NCBI GenBank assembly: GCA_963842945.1
Contig: CAWJIM010000023.1
Span: forward strand, 160,001-224,000
Origin: an uncultured Gemmatimonadales bacterium
GTDB lineage: Bacteria > Gemmatimonadota > Gemmatimonadetes > Gemmatimonadales > GWC2-71-9
Reading direction: 5' to 3'
Length of the DNA: 64,000 nucleotides
Below the pieces are notes generated by a model. That model saw nothing but the letters and a program-made list of their open reading frames with translations. It was not told where the DNA came from and did no database searches. The position numbers were made by a program, and so were the translations under genes. This document shows positions 1 through 12,648 of the stretch, one piece after another. How positions within the stretch are numbered: the first letter of the stretch is position 1; each line of letters begins with the position of its first letter.

Positions 1-1626
<1,626 letters not shown>

Positions 1627-1688
1627 CGAAACGGGAGGAAGCATGGAACGGGTCACAATCGGTCGAGCCGGGATACTACTTCCTGGGA

Positions 1689-2111
1689 TTGCTGAGCGTC
1701 GGATCGGCCTCATGCCGACCAGCGCTGGGCGGAAACGATGAGGTTGAAACCATCAGGGCAACGGAACGCGCCCGCCTCAAGGCGCTGGTCGAGGCCGATC
1801 TGCCGAGAGCCCGCGAGCTCCACGCGAACGACTTTCAGCTGGTAACCCCCGGCGGACAGACCTACTCCAAGGAGCAGTATCTCGGCGACATCCAGTCCGG
1901 CGCAGTAGATTATCTGGTGTGGGAGCCCGACTCGGCTATCCAGGTGAGGCCGCTTCGAGACGCTGCGGTGATCCGCTACCGGTCGAGGCTGGAGATCGTG
2001 GTGGGCGGCGAAAAAATCCCACTTCAGAAATACTGGCACACAGACTCCTATGAAAAGCTGAACGGGCGCTGGCAGGTCGTGTGGTCGCAGGCGACACGGA
2101 TCACGGACTGA
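1689..2111 (+). CDS. NTF2-like / DUF4440-type protein, probably secreted (true start may be ATG 1643 with a frameshift)
   Basis: RLKALVEADL..LHANDFQLVTPGG..SKEQYL..HTDSYEKLNGRWQVVWSQAT is typical of the SnoaL/NTF2 fold; GGAGG RBS precedes ATG 1643. Confidence 0.8.
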   Translation: MLSVGSASCRPALGGNDEVETIRATERARLKALVEADLPRARELHANDFQLVTPGGQTYSKEQYLGDIQSGAVDYLVWEPDSAIQVRPLRDAAVIRYRSRLEIVVGGEKIPLQKYWHTDSYEKLNGRWQVVWSQATRITD

Positions 2112-2137
2112 CGGATGATGCCAGGAGGGACAGCGGG

Positions 2138-2230
2138 GTAAGCAGTGAGCGGTGCTACCGCCGCCGCTTACGGATCATAGGCTACTTCTTTACTATTCCC
2201 GCTCACCGCTGACCGCTCACCTCTTACCGT
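2138..2230. repeat. Inverted pair of heptamer arrays (GTRAGCR / CCGCTCA)
   Basis: gtaagca gtgagcg gtg at 2138 and ccgctca ccgctga ccgctca cctctta ccg at about 2199-2230. Confidence 0.8.
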
Positions 2231-2237
2231 TTTTGAT

Positions 2238-2822
2238 ATGATCGACCAGGCATCACGTCAAACCCCCGCTGGCCTTCGGCTCGGCCGGAAGGTCATCCAT
2301 CAACTCCGCGCCTCGCTGGAACGCGACGCCGGGATCCAGGCCGCCACCCATCTGCAGGAGGCCGGCTTTGCCGGGGGCGAGGAGCTGTACGAAGCCTTTG
2401 CCCGATGGCTCAAGGCCGAGCGAAACGTGGATCCGCCGTCGGACCTCGACGTGCAGTTCCTGGGCGAGTTACTCTCCGACTTCTTCGCCGAGCAGGGCTG
2501 GGGCAAGCTGACAGCGATGCCGCTGGGCGAGGCGGTGCTGGCGCTCGACTCGGACAAGTGGGCCGAGGCACTGGATCAGCCGGAGGGACAGTACCCATCG
2601 TGCCATCTGAGCTGCGGCTTGCTGGCCGATTTCCTGGGGCGGGTGTCCCAGGGGCAGGTGGCGGTGATGGAGGTGGAGTGCCGCTCGCGGGGAGATCGGA
2701 AGTGCCGCTTCCTGGCCGGCGCGCCGGAGACGCTCAGCGTGCTCTACGAGCGGATGGCGCAGGGATCGGGGTATGTGGAGGCAATCGCGGGACGTGAGGA
2801 ACGTGGAACGTGGGGAACGTGA
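2238..2822 (+). CDS. Stand-alone V4R (4-vinyl reductase-like) domain protein
   Basis: GWG motif, CHLSCGLLA and EVECRSRGDRKCRF signature. Confidence 0.85.
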   Translation: MIDQASRQTPAGLRLGRKVIHQLRASLERDAGIQAATHLQEAGFAGGEELYEAFARWLKAERNVDPPSDLDVQFLGELLSDFFAEQGWGKLTAMPLGEAVLALDSDKWAEALDQPEGQYPSCHLSCGLLADFLGRVSQGQVAVMEVECRSRGDRKCRFLAGAPETLSVLYERMAQGSGYVEAIAGREERGTWGT

Positions 2823-3044
2823 GGACCACGGAACGACGGAAGGTGCGGTACGACAGGACGTCGGAAGAATAGCGAAACTCATCCCCAACACAGCGAGAGG
2901 CTTATTCGATAGGCATCTGCACGCCACGTGATCGGAGCGGGACGGGCATGGTCCCGAAAGGCAGGCTCCCGGGGAAGGGTTGGGCGGTTGTCGCTTAGCC
3001 TGCCGGAGGGCCCATGCCCGCCCGATAGCGCGATCTCTGCTCCG

Positions 3045-4136
3045 TTAGCTACCCTTAACCAGCTTGATCCCGCCCGACCCAGTCTCGATATCGATCTTCC
3101 CCCGCCCATCGCCGATTCGCCCCGTCATGTGATCCCGCGCGTGCCGAGTGACGGCGACCTCGAAGTCGGTCTCGATGTCGCCGCTCGAGGTCTCGATGTC
3201 CACCTCGGCGCCGATGGTCGGCGGGACCTTGAGGGTGATGTCGCCCGAGCCGGTCTCCACATTCACGTTCCAGAGCTCCCCGCTCACATCGGCGGTCACC
3301 GCACCGCTCCCGGTCTCCAGCTTCACCTGCGGGCGCGGTGAGTCCGGCCAGCTGGATGTCGCCCGAGCCGGTCTGCACGGAGATCTGGCCGCTGCTTCAC
3401 GCCGGTGCCGGTCACGTCGCCCGAGCCGGTGTCGACCGAGACGTCCTCCCCCGCACATCGGTGAGCGACACCGCGCCGGAGCCGGTGTCCACCGAGAGGT
3501 CGCCCCGCGACTTGGTCACCTGCACCGTCGCCGGAGCCCACGTCGATGTTGAGCTCGCCCCGGGTGTTCGAGGTGGTGACCGGCGCCGAGGCGGCGTCGA
3601 TATGGAGGTCGCCCTCCACGTTGGTGACGGAGACCTTGCCCACCGCGAGATAGAGCGACAGCTGCTTGCCCATGGGGACGGTGATCCGGAGATCGGCGTG
3701 GGCGTCGAGCCCGCCGCCGCCGCTGCTGATGGTGACCCGCCGGCCTTCGTTCCGGTGCTCCTCATCGTCGTGCCGGTCGGAGAAGGTGCCGTCCTCCCGG
3801 ACCCGGAGCTGGGTGGACGAGCCGCTGCTCAGTTTGCCGTAGGTGATCCGGTCGGCGGGATAGACGAAACGCAGGGTCTGGGTCCCGTCGATCTCGCTCT
3901 TCATCACCTTGAGCTTGGCCGCGTCGGCGCCACCCCGGGTGGCCTCGGCCACCACATCGGGTCCCGGCCCCGCCTCCACCCGGATCTCGCCCACCAGGTT
4001 GTAGATGGCGACCTCGTCGGCCGGAGACGGCGTAGCGCTCGGGTTGCTGGGCAGAGAGTCCGCTGGAGGGCACCAGGACCGCGCCGATGAGTCCGGGGAC
4101 GATCCAGGGCGAAAGGCGACACGCTATGGCCTGCAT
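3045..4136 (-). CDS. DUF4097-type beta-strand repeat protein with signal peptide (frameshifted)
   Basis: Many xETGSGDI / DTGSGAV repeats; hydrophobic N-terminus ending LSAQQ. Confidence 0.85.
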
Positions 4137-4299
4137 GGCACGCTGCTCCTTGAGGGGAAACTGGGGGTTAGACGTGGCCTAGGCTATAAAGGTTGCAACC
4201 CAATAACGGAAAATTCACGGGCACACCCCCACCTTCGTTCAGTCTGGACGACCCGGGTACCGAGCCGTAAGCTAGTGTCGCTCCCCTTAGGAGGGGCCT

Positions 4300-7200
4300 A
4301 TGCAGGCCCTGGCAGACTTTCAAGACGCGCTCGGCGACCGTTATCAGCTCGAGGATGAGTTGGGATCGGGTGGCCAAGGCACGGTGTTCCGGGCTCGGGA
4401 TCTGCGTCTGAGCCGGCCCGTCGCCATAAAGTTTCTGCGCCCGGATATAGCCCCCCTGCTCGGCCCCGATCGGTTTCAGCGCGAGATCGCGATCGCGGCT
4501 TCGCTTTCCCACCCCAACATCGTCCCTCTCCTGGATTCCGGCGGTGAGGGCGAGCACCTGTTCTACACCATGCCGTTGGTCGAGGGCGAAAGCCTCCGCC
4601 GCCGGCTGACCCGTCAGACTCAGCTTCCGCTGGAGGACGCCCTCCAGATCACCACCGATGTAGCGAGTGCCCTCGATTACGCCCACAAACGCGGGTACAT
4701 CCACCGAGATATCAAGCCGGAAAACATTGTGCTGACCGAACAGGGCGCCATCGTCCTGGACTTCGGTATTGCCCGCGCCATCGAAGTGGCGGGAGAATCC
4801 GCCATTACCTCGGGCGCCCTCGCCCTCGGTACCCCCCTGTACATGAGCCCGGAGCAGGCCTCCGGCCAGCAGCAGCTCGACGGACGCAGCGATATCTACG
4901 CGCTGGGATGTGTGCTCTACGAAATGCTGGCCGGCGAGCCGCCGTTCACCGGGGCGACGCCGCAGGCCGTGGTTGCGCGCCATCTGGTGGATCCGCCACC
5001 GAAGCTCTCCGTCGTGCGCCGAAGCGTGTCTCCGGCACTGGAGGAGGCGATAGAAAAGGCGCTGGCCAAGGTCCCGGCCGACCGGTATGCCTCGGCCGCG
5101 GAGATGGTCGCAGGCGCTGCGGAAGGCGCAGCGACATCCGGGTGGGCGCGCGCTGATTCGCCGTCGGCTGAAGCAGGCCGCCCTGGTGGGGGTGCCCGCG
5201 ATGGTCGCCATGTCGGCGTATCTCACTTGGCCCAGCGTGGTGCTCGACTCGAACAATGTGACAGCCTTTCCGGGCTGGTCCGCGCCGGTGATGGATCAGT
5301 CCCTCTACATGGTGCTGCCCTTCCGGCACCGGGCGGCATCGGCTCCCCGTCTCCTCAACGGCGATCAATGCGAATCGCTGCTCCACGATGCGCTGGGTCG
5401 GTGGCGCGGCGTGCAGCTGGTCGATCCACTGTGGGTCGCCGATGCCCGCTCCCGCCGCGGAGGAGGCGGCAGCATCGAGGACGGACTCTCGATTGCCCGG
5501 GAGCGTCGGGCGGGGCGGGTGGTCCTCGGTGAAGTATGGGAGTTCAAGGACACCATTTACGTGCGGGGCCTGCTCTACGACGCTGCCGGCCAGAAGCTGG
5601 TGCGGGAACAGTCGATCCGCATTGCACCCGATCTCAGCGATGCGCAGGTCACGGTTTGAGGAGCTGGCCGATTCGCTCCTGATCGGCGGTGGGGTGGCGA
5701 CCGGCGCTCCACCCCGGAGCGGCGACCGGCTCTCCCTTCCAGCCTGGCGCGCCTTTCAGGACGCGTATCTCGCGATGCAGCGCTGGGACCTTGATTCGGC
5801 CAAGGCCAGGCTGCAGCGGGCGCTCGCCATCGATCCTGACTACGGCCTGGCACAGCTCTCTCTGGCGCAGGTGCTGGCCTGGAGCGGGGAGGACCCGAAA
5901 TCCTGGAGAACGCTATGCGGCCGGCGGCCCTGAGCTCGCGGGACAGTCTGCCGGTCACGGGAGCGCGGGCTTGGCCGAAGGGATGCTCGCCCTGGCCGAC
6001 CAACGCTTCCCTGAGGCGTGCGACAGATTCCGCGCCTTGGTCGCCCGGGACTCGCTCGACTTTGCGGCGTGGTTCGGCCTGGGGGAGTGCCAGGGTAAGG
6101 ATCCGCTGGTGGTGCGTGATGCGGCCAGCCCATCGGGATGGAAGTTTCGCGGTAGCTATCAGGCCGCGGTCGAACGCCTACCGCCGGGCGCTGGAGATCG
6201 TGCCCTCGGTGCATCTGGCGTTTCGGGGTGAGGGGTTCTCCCGTCTTCGCCGGCTGCTGTATCACCGAGACCAATCGCATACGACAGGGCTATGCGCTCG
6301 ACCCCCGACACAGTGCGCTTCGGGGCTTTCCCCTCGATGACGCGCGATACTCTGGAGTTCGTGCCCTGGCCGATCGAAGCGGTGGTGGCCGCGGAGCCGC
6401 AGGCGATGCCGTCAACAATCAGCGCCGCGGTGGAGCATAACCGAGAGCTCATGCGAGACATCGCGGTGAGCTGGGTGCGCGCGTTCCCCCGACAGCGCCG
6501 ATGCGCACGAGACCCTGGCGCTGGTGCTGGAGACGTTGGGTGAGCTGAGCGCGGGCCGCTCCAAGGATATTTCGGCCTTAGGCGAGATTCGCCGGGCCCG
6601 AACAATGACCACGAAGCCTGCCGTCGCGCTTCGGCTGGCGAATGTCGAGACCCGCTTTCTGCGTGAAGTCGGAGCAGATGGCGGCGGCCCGCGCTCTCGC
6701 CGATTCACTCCTGAGAGCCAATCCCAAGCCCGACATGGACGATGCCAGACAGCTCCGCGGGTTGGCCGCTCTGACGCGGGCACGTCCATCTGACGGCTCA
6801 GCTGCAGCGCCGGGCGGCTCCCGACTTCACTTTTCTGACTCCGGACTGGGAAGAGGTAAATGTCCCGCTTCCGCTTGACCGATGCCGCCCTGGGGCTCTT
6901 TGCCTACGCGGCCTTCGGTAATCCCGAGGACAGTCTGGTGGCCCTGGAGCAGCGGGTGGAGCGGCTGATTCCCAGCTACGTGAAGCGTCGCGGCGACTGC
7001 GCGCGCGCCAGGCGATGCTCGACGTCCCGGCCGTGCTCGCTTTTCCGGAACGGGGCATCCGCCCTATGCACCGAGCCCAGGCTGGTGGGAACTACCTGCT
7101 GGTCATGCAATGGAAGCTTGGCGCGGGGCGATACGCGGGAGTGCGGGAGGAGTTCCGGACGTTGCGATCGGCTACGCCGAGGCCTACGTCCGGGCGACGT

Positions 7201-7508
7201 GGCCTTCGATGGCACCTACCATGAGGCGCGGTTGCTGCTCGCTCTTGGCGATACCGCGCGAAGCCACACGGCTGCTGGATCTGACGCTCAATGCGCTTCC
7301 GACGCTGGGAGCGGACCTGCTGGATCAGGTTCCCCAGGTGGCGACTCTTGGTCCGGGGAATGGCGCTGCGGGCGGAGCTGGCGGCCACAGCCGGCGATCA
7401 GGCAACCGCGAAACACTGGGCCGAGAATGTGTCGCTCCTGTGGTCGGCGCAGATCCGGAGCTGGAACCTCACCACGAGGATGCACGCCATACTGCGGGTA
7501 TCCAGTGA
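4300..7508 (+). CDS. Hanks-type Ser/Thr protein kinase with TM segment and long helical/TPR-like C-terminal region (multiple frameshifts)
   Basis: GSGGQGTVF, VAIK, HRDIKPEN, DFG, GTPLYMSPE, SDIYALG; downstream fragments ARLQRALAIDPDYGLAQLSLA and YRRALEIVPS. Confidence 0.88.
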
Positions 7509-8276
7509 GATCGCGCGACTCCAGAGGAGATTCTTATGCCGAGGAGCTGGTAGGACCAAGCAGGACGAAGCGAGCAAAGCTCGAGGCCTGTGCGTATAGA
7601 GGCACCTCGTGTCGCTTGCCTGGTCTCACCTGCTGCATGTGGGCCGCAGGATAACCAGGGCCGAACGTAGCCTTCACTCAGTGCCCTCGGACCGGCTGCC
7701 CGGAAGTCGCCGCGCCGAAGTTCACCACTCCATTCGAGCTCCAGCGCAGCATTGATACTCTACTAGTTTGACACGATTCCAGCAGTAGGGATGAGCGAGA
7801 TGGCTGCTGGTGACGCGGCAGCCTGCCTGGACCATTTTGCCAGGCATGCCCGCATAACTGCCGGTACGGTCCACTGGTCGAGATCCACCCGGAGCGGAGA
7901 TCGCACCAGAACAGCAGCAACAGCCTGTCGCAGGGGCCCGGCCGGATAATCGCCCGGATGTCATCGAACTGGTCGAAACCGAAGGCATATCCCAAGCTGA
8001 ACCTGGCTGCTAACGACACCGTCGTACTGGGCGGTAGACCGGTGAATGCCGGTGAACGGACAGCTTTCCCGAGGTCGTTCTCTGTTCATCTCGACCAAGC
8101 AACTCAGGCGCACAGCGCGCCTGCTGCGCACCAGGGAGCCTCGACGTCGAGCCGAACACCCCGAGCGGCTATTGGAGACAGGCCTTGGCCCGATGGGTCT
8201 GGAGCGAGACGCTGATGCGAGAACCGGCGTCGGGGCAACTGCAAGGACAGGCGGTGCTGCCGTTAACGAGGCGTGA

Positions 8277-8798
8277 CTATAGCCGGGCCGCGTAGTCCGG
8301 CCGGACGATTATCTCGCCGCCCTGGATGATCTCCCGGTCCCAGGGAAGGATGATGAAGTTGTCGGTCTCGAAGGCGTGGAAGTCGGGCGCGTAGTCGCCG
8401 GTCTTGAACGACACCGCGCTCCGTACCTCCGAGGGCTTGCGCGCCCGCACCTCGCTCAGGGCGAGCTTCATGGTGCTGCCGGTGTCGCAGGTCTCGTCCA
8501 CCACCAGCACTCGGCGGCCCTTGATGGAAGGCGGCGGACCGGAGACCAGAACCGGCTGCGAGTCCGCATCCTTCCGGGTGACCACCATCGAGGTGAAGTC
8601 GCACTGCAGAATCGAGGCGACCACCACGCCCGGAATGACGCCGGCCTTGGCGATGCCGAGCACGATCTCGGGCTGATACTCCCGGGCCACCCGCAGCGCC
8701 AGCGCGCGGCAGAGCTCGCCGAAGAACGGCCAATCGACTTCGAGTACTCCTCGCGAACTGGGGCGCACGGCGCATGCGATCGCATCGCGGATTCTCAC
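8277..8798 (-). CDS. Type I phosphoribosyltransferase
   Basis: PRPP-binding motif VLVVDETCDTGSTM; GIAKAGVIPG; IILPWD. Confidence 0.9.
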   Translation of the reverse strand: MRIRDAIACAVRPSSRGVLEVDWPFFGELCRALALRVAREYQPEIVLGIAKAGVIPGVVVASILQCDFTSMVVTRKDADSQPVLVSGPPPSIKGRRVLVVDETCDTGSTMKLALSEVRARKPSEVRSAVSFKTGDYAPDFHAFETDNFIILPWDREIIQGGEIIVRPDYAARL

Positions 8799-8967
8799 TC
8801 CGGGTCTTCCTCAACCATACGCCGCATTCCAGAGGCGTCAGTCAACGTGTAGTGCTTCCGCTTTCGACTCGCGTTGCGGGTCCGTTCTCCTCGACGCCTC
8901 AGGACTATCTTAGGCCTTCCCCAACGCCTTGCGTCCATTCGACTTTGCTCGGAGACTCCCGCTCGGC

Positions 8968-9411
8968 ATGAGCTTCTGGCATCGCATGTTCGGTAAGGGA
9001 TCGCGGGAAACCGTGGCCCCCCAACGACTGGATTATCTGAACGAGGGTCTGGCCCTGGAACGTCAGGGCGACTTCGAGGCGGCGCTCACCTCCTACCGGC
9101 TCGCCTTTCGGGACAATCCGGCCGACTCGCGCATCCTGCTCAACATGGCGATCGCGTGCACCAAGACCGGCCAGGAGGAGGAAGCCATCCGGCACTACAA
9201 GCGAGCCCTCGAGCTGGACGACTCGCTCGGCGGCGCGCACTACGGCGTGGCGTTTCTCCTGAAGAAGCGGGGCGACACTCAGGAGGCGGCCAAGCACCTG
9301 CGAGCCTTCCTCGCCCGCCCTCCCAAGGGGCCCGACGCCGAGCGGTGGGTGCGCCACGCCGAGTCGGTCCTCCGCGAGATCGCAGGCAGCCCCGCATCGG
9401 AGACGATGTGA
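8968..9411 (+). CDS. TPR repeat protein
   Basis: Three TPR-like helical repeats (GLALERQGDFEAALTSYRLA; AIRHYKRALELD). Confidence 0.85.
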   Translation: MSFWHRMFGKGSRETVAPQRLDYLNEGLALERQGDFEAALTSYRLAFRDNPADSRILLNMAIACTKTGQEEEAIRHYKRALELDDSLGGAHYGVAFLLKKRGDTQEAAKHLRAFLARPPKGPDAERWVRHAESVLREIAGSPASETM

Positions 9412-10091
9412 GCCGTTCGGCTCTCCTGCTTTCCCTCCTGCTGGTGCTCGGTTGCAGCGATCTGACGGAAGAAGAGGGCGGCGCGGTGGCGCTGCAGATC
9501 AATGAGCCCGCGGCCACCACCCTCGAGGTCGGAGAATCGATGGCCCTCACGGCCCAGGCGCTGGGCAAGGACGGCAACCCGGTGGACGCCACGATCACCT
9601 GGCGGGCGCCGGACCCGACGCTCACGGTGGAGGAGACCACCGGCGTCATCACCGGGGTCTCGCCCGGCCCCGGCCGGGTGCAGGCTTTTGCCGGAAGTCT
9701 GTCCTCCGCACTGCTGCAATTTACAGTCACCGCCACGGCCGACACCCTGATCGTCACCGATTCCGTGTTCACCGTCGCCCCGGGCGAGACGGCTTCCCTG
9801 CCCCTGGTGGCCCAGATTCAGACCTTCAATCCGGCGGGACCACTGGCAGACTGGCCGGTGATCTACACCATCACCGATCCGGCCGAGGTGATCCCCCACC
9901 TGGTTGAGCTTCCCGGAGGCGTGGTTACCGACACGGTCAACACTGGCACGGATGGTGCGGTCACGACTGTGACCCTCAACCGAGTCGCGCTTGCTCAACC
10001 AGACACCGCCATCGTCGAGGTACGCTCCTTCCGCTCTGGCGGAACCCCTGTACCCGGCTCCGGACAGCGGTTCATCGTCATCTTCCAGTAG
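9408..10091 (+). CDS. Lipoprotein with Ig-like domain(s)
   Basis: GTG start overlaps the upstream stop; lipobox VLG-C; Thr/Val-rich beta strands (TLEVGESMALTA..ITW..GVITGVSPG). Confidence 0.75.
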   Translation: MSRSALLLSLLLVLGCSDLTEEEGGAVALQINEPAATTLEVGESMALTAQALGKDGNPVDATITWRAPDPTLTVEETTGVITGVSPGPGRVQAFAGSLSSALLQFTVTATADTLIVTDSVFTVAPGETASLPLVAQIQTFNPAGPLADWPVIYTITDPAEVIPHLVELPGGVVTDTVNTGTDGAVTTVTLNRVALAQPDTAIVEVRSFRSGGTPVPGSGQRFIVIFQ

Positions 10092-10092
10092 C

Positions 10093-11915
10093 GTGTCGGC
10101 GCCCGCGGCGCGAACCCTCAACGAGCTCTACTTCGGGGCGCTGGCGCGGTTCGGCACCCGGCCGGTGGCCGCCCGCTCCAAGCGCGACGGCCAGTGGCTC
10201 GACCTGAGCTACCCCGATCTGGCCAACCGGGTACAGGACCTGAGCCTCGGCCTGCACGAGCTGGGCATCCGCCCAGGCGACCGGGTCGCCATCCTGTCGG
10301 AGAATCGCCCCGAGTGGGCCATCGCCGACTACGCCTGCCTCACCGCCCGCTGCACCGACGTTCCGATCTATCCCACGCTGCCCGCCCAAACAGGTGGAGT
10401 ACAGCCTCTGCGACTCGGGCGCGGTCGCGGTGTTCGTGTCCACCCGCCACCAGCTGGACAAGGTGCACAGCATCCGGACGCGGGTACCGGCGCTCCGGCA
10501 CATCATCGCGTTCGAGGACGATGTCGGTGGGAATGGACGTGAAGAGCCTGGGGCAGGTGATCGCCCTGGGACGCGGGCCGCGCGGGTGCGGCATCCGCGC
10601 TGGAAGGACGATGCGCTCGCCGTGCAGCCCGACGACCTCGCCACGCTGATCTACACCTCGGGCACCACCGGCGAGATGAAGGGCGTGATGCTGACCCACG
10701 GCAACATCGCCTTCGACGTGTCCACCTGCTGCACGCTCTTCAGCTTCAGTCGAGAACGACGAGTGCCTCTCCTTCCTGCCGCTCTCGCACATCTTCGAGC
10801 GGATGTTCGGGCACTACTGCATGTTGCACTCGGGCGTGATCATCAACTACGCCGAGAGCGTGGAGACCGTGGCGGCCGACATGGAGCACTGCCGTCCCAC
10901 CCTGATGGCCTCGGTGCCGCGGCTGTATGAGAAGATCTACGCCCGGGTGCTGGAGCGCGGTGCGGAGCAGGCTCGAGGGTCCGGCAGCAGCTCTTCTTCT
11001 GGGCCAAGAGTGTGGGCGAGAAGTGGGTGGAGCAGCGGCTGGAGCGGGCGACGGGTATCCCCGGCGCTCGCGCTCCAGCACTGGCTGGCCGACCATCTGG
11101 TGTTCGCCAAGCTGCGGGCCCGGACCGGCGGACGGATCCGGTTCTTCATCTCGGGCGGCGCGCCGCTGCTCGGCCGACATCGCCCGGTTCTTCCACGCCG
11201 CGGGCATGCCGATCCTGGAGGGGTACGGACTCACCGAGACCTCACCGGTCATCGCGGTGAACACCTTCGAGCATCTCCGGCTGGGCACGGTGGGCCGGCC
11301 CGATTCCCGGAGGTGGAGGTGACGATCGCGCCGGACGGCGAGATCCTCACCCGGGGGCCCAACGTGATGGCGGGCTACTACAAGAAGCCGGAGGCCACCG
11401 CGGAGGCGCTGGACGCCGACGGCTGGTTCCACACCGGCGACATCGGCCTGCTCGATCCGGACGGGTTCCTCAAGATCACCGACCGGAAGAAGGACCTCAT
11501 CGTCACCGCCGGCGGCAAGAACATCGCGCCCCAGCCGATCGAGGGCCTGGTGAAGACCAGCAAGTTCGTCTCCAGCGCCGTGATGCTGGGCGACCGGCGC
11601 CGGTTCCCCATCATGCTGATGGTGCCGAACTTCGAGCACCCTGTCGGCGTGGGCCGAGCAGCAGGGGATCCAGGCCACCGACGGCGGCGGCGCTGGTGCG
11701 CGGCGCCGGAGGTGCAGGAGAAGATGGACCGGGAGGTGCGGACCACGCTCCGCGACCTGGCCAGCTTCGAGATGCCGAAGAAGCTGCTGCTGCTGCCCCG
11801 GGACTTCAGGGTCGAGGCGGGTGAGCTGACCCCGACGCTCAAGGTGAAGCGGCGAGTGGTGGAGCTCCGCTACCGAGAAGCGATCGAGAAGCTGTACGGG
11901 GAAGAAAGAGCGTGA
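10093..11915 (+). CDS. Long-chain fatty-acid--CoA ligase (frameshifted)
   Basis: [60 protein letters not shown]. Confidence 0.93.
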
Positions 11916-11925
11916 GCGGGAAACG

Positions 11926-12519
11926 CTTACGCTTTTCTTGTCCCCACCCAGACCCCGTCCGCACTCGCCATCAGATCGATCAGATCTTCCGGCGGCTGAT
12001 CTCCCTCTCCCACCACACGCAGTCCCGGTAGCACCAGCCGGCCGCTTCGCGGACCCAGGCGGGATCATCGGCGTAAGGCTTCCCCAACACCACCCCGCGC
12101 ATCGAGCGGGACTTGAGCGGAAGCATCCCGCCCCGGACCACGCTGATTCCGTCCGAGTCCGTTACATCCTTCGGGGGATTTACCGCCACCAGCGCCACGC
12201 CGGGATTGAGCGCCGCCACCTCGCTCCCACAGCGAAGCCACCGGCCCCACCAGCGCGAGGTATCCTCCCGGCCCGCTGAGTCCGATCAGGCACCGAGACG
12301 TTCTCGGCGTCTGAGCTTGGTGTTCTCGCTGCGAATCCGCCGGCGCCCCTCCGGCATCGAACACGCCGTCCATCAGCTGAAAGGTCCGGCCGCAGACCGG
12401 GCAGCCCAGCTGTCCCGTTCTCACCGACCGGCCATCCATCTGGTCGGGCAGCAGGACGAGAAAGCTCTCGTCGTGGTCGGATTGGGACAGCGGAGAAGGT
12501 CGGTGAGCTCGATGAACAT
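11926..12519 (-). CDS. Hypothetical protein with Trm112-like Zn-ribbon N-terminus (frameshifted)
   Basis: MFIELTDLLRCP..GQLGCPVCGRTFQLMDGV. Confidence 0.6.
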
Positions 12520-12531
12520 CAGTGAAAGATC

Positions 12532-12648
12532 GTAAGCGGTGAGCGGTAAGCGGTAAGCGGGCCACCCAACCCGTGCCCGCTAACGCTCGAGCTTCTCCCG
12601 CTCACCGCTCACGCCTTTGCAGTTACCGCTCACGCTTCCGCTCACGGC
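12532..12648. repeat. Inverted heptamer arrays (GTRAGCG / CGCTCAC)
   Basis: taagcgg tgagcgg taagcgg taagcgg followed by ccgctca ccgctca ... accgctcacgcttccgctcac. Confidence 0.85.

Noticed and set aside
2933..3044. SRP (4.5S) RNA
   Set aside because: The conserved helix-8 pattern (CAGG..GNRA loop..AGCAG) was not found on either strand.
7678..8276. Short ORFs between the kinase and the PRTase
   Set aside because: No recognisable motif, RBS or consistent frame; possibly a decayed or error-ridden gene that I cannot call.
12532..12648. Repeat arrays as CRISPR
   Set aside because: Units are 7 nt in tandem with no unique spacers, and no cas genes are present.
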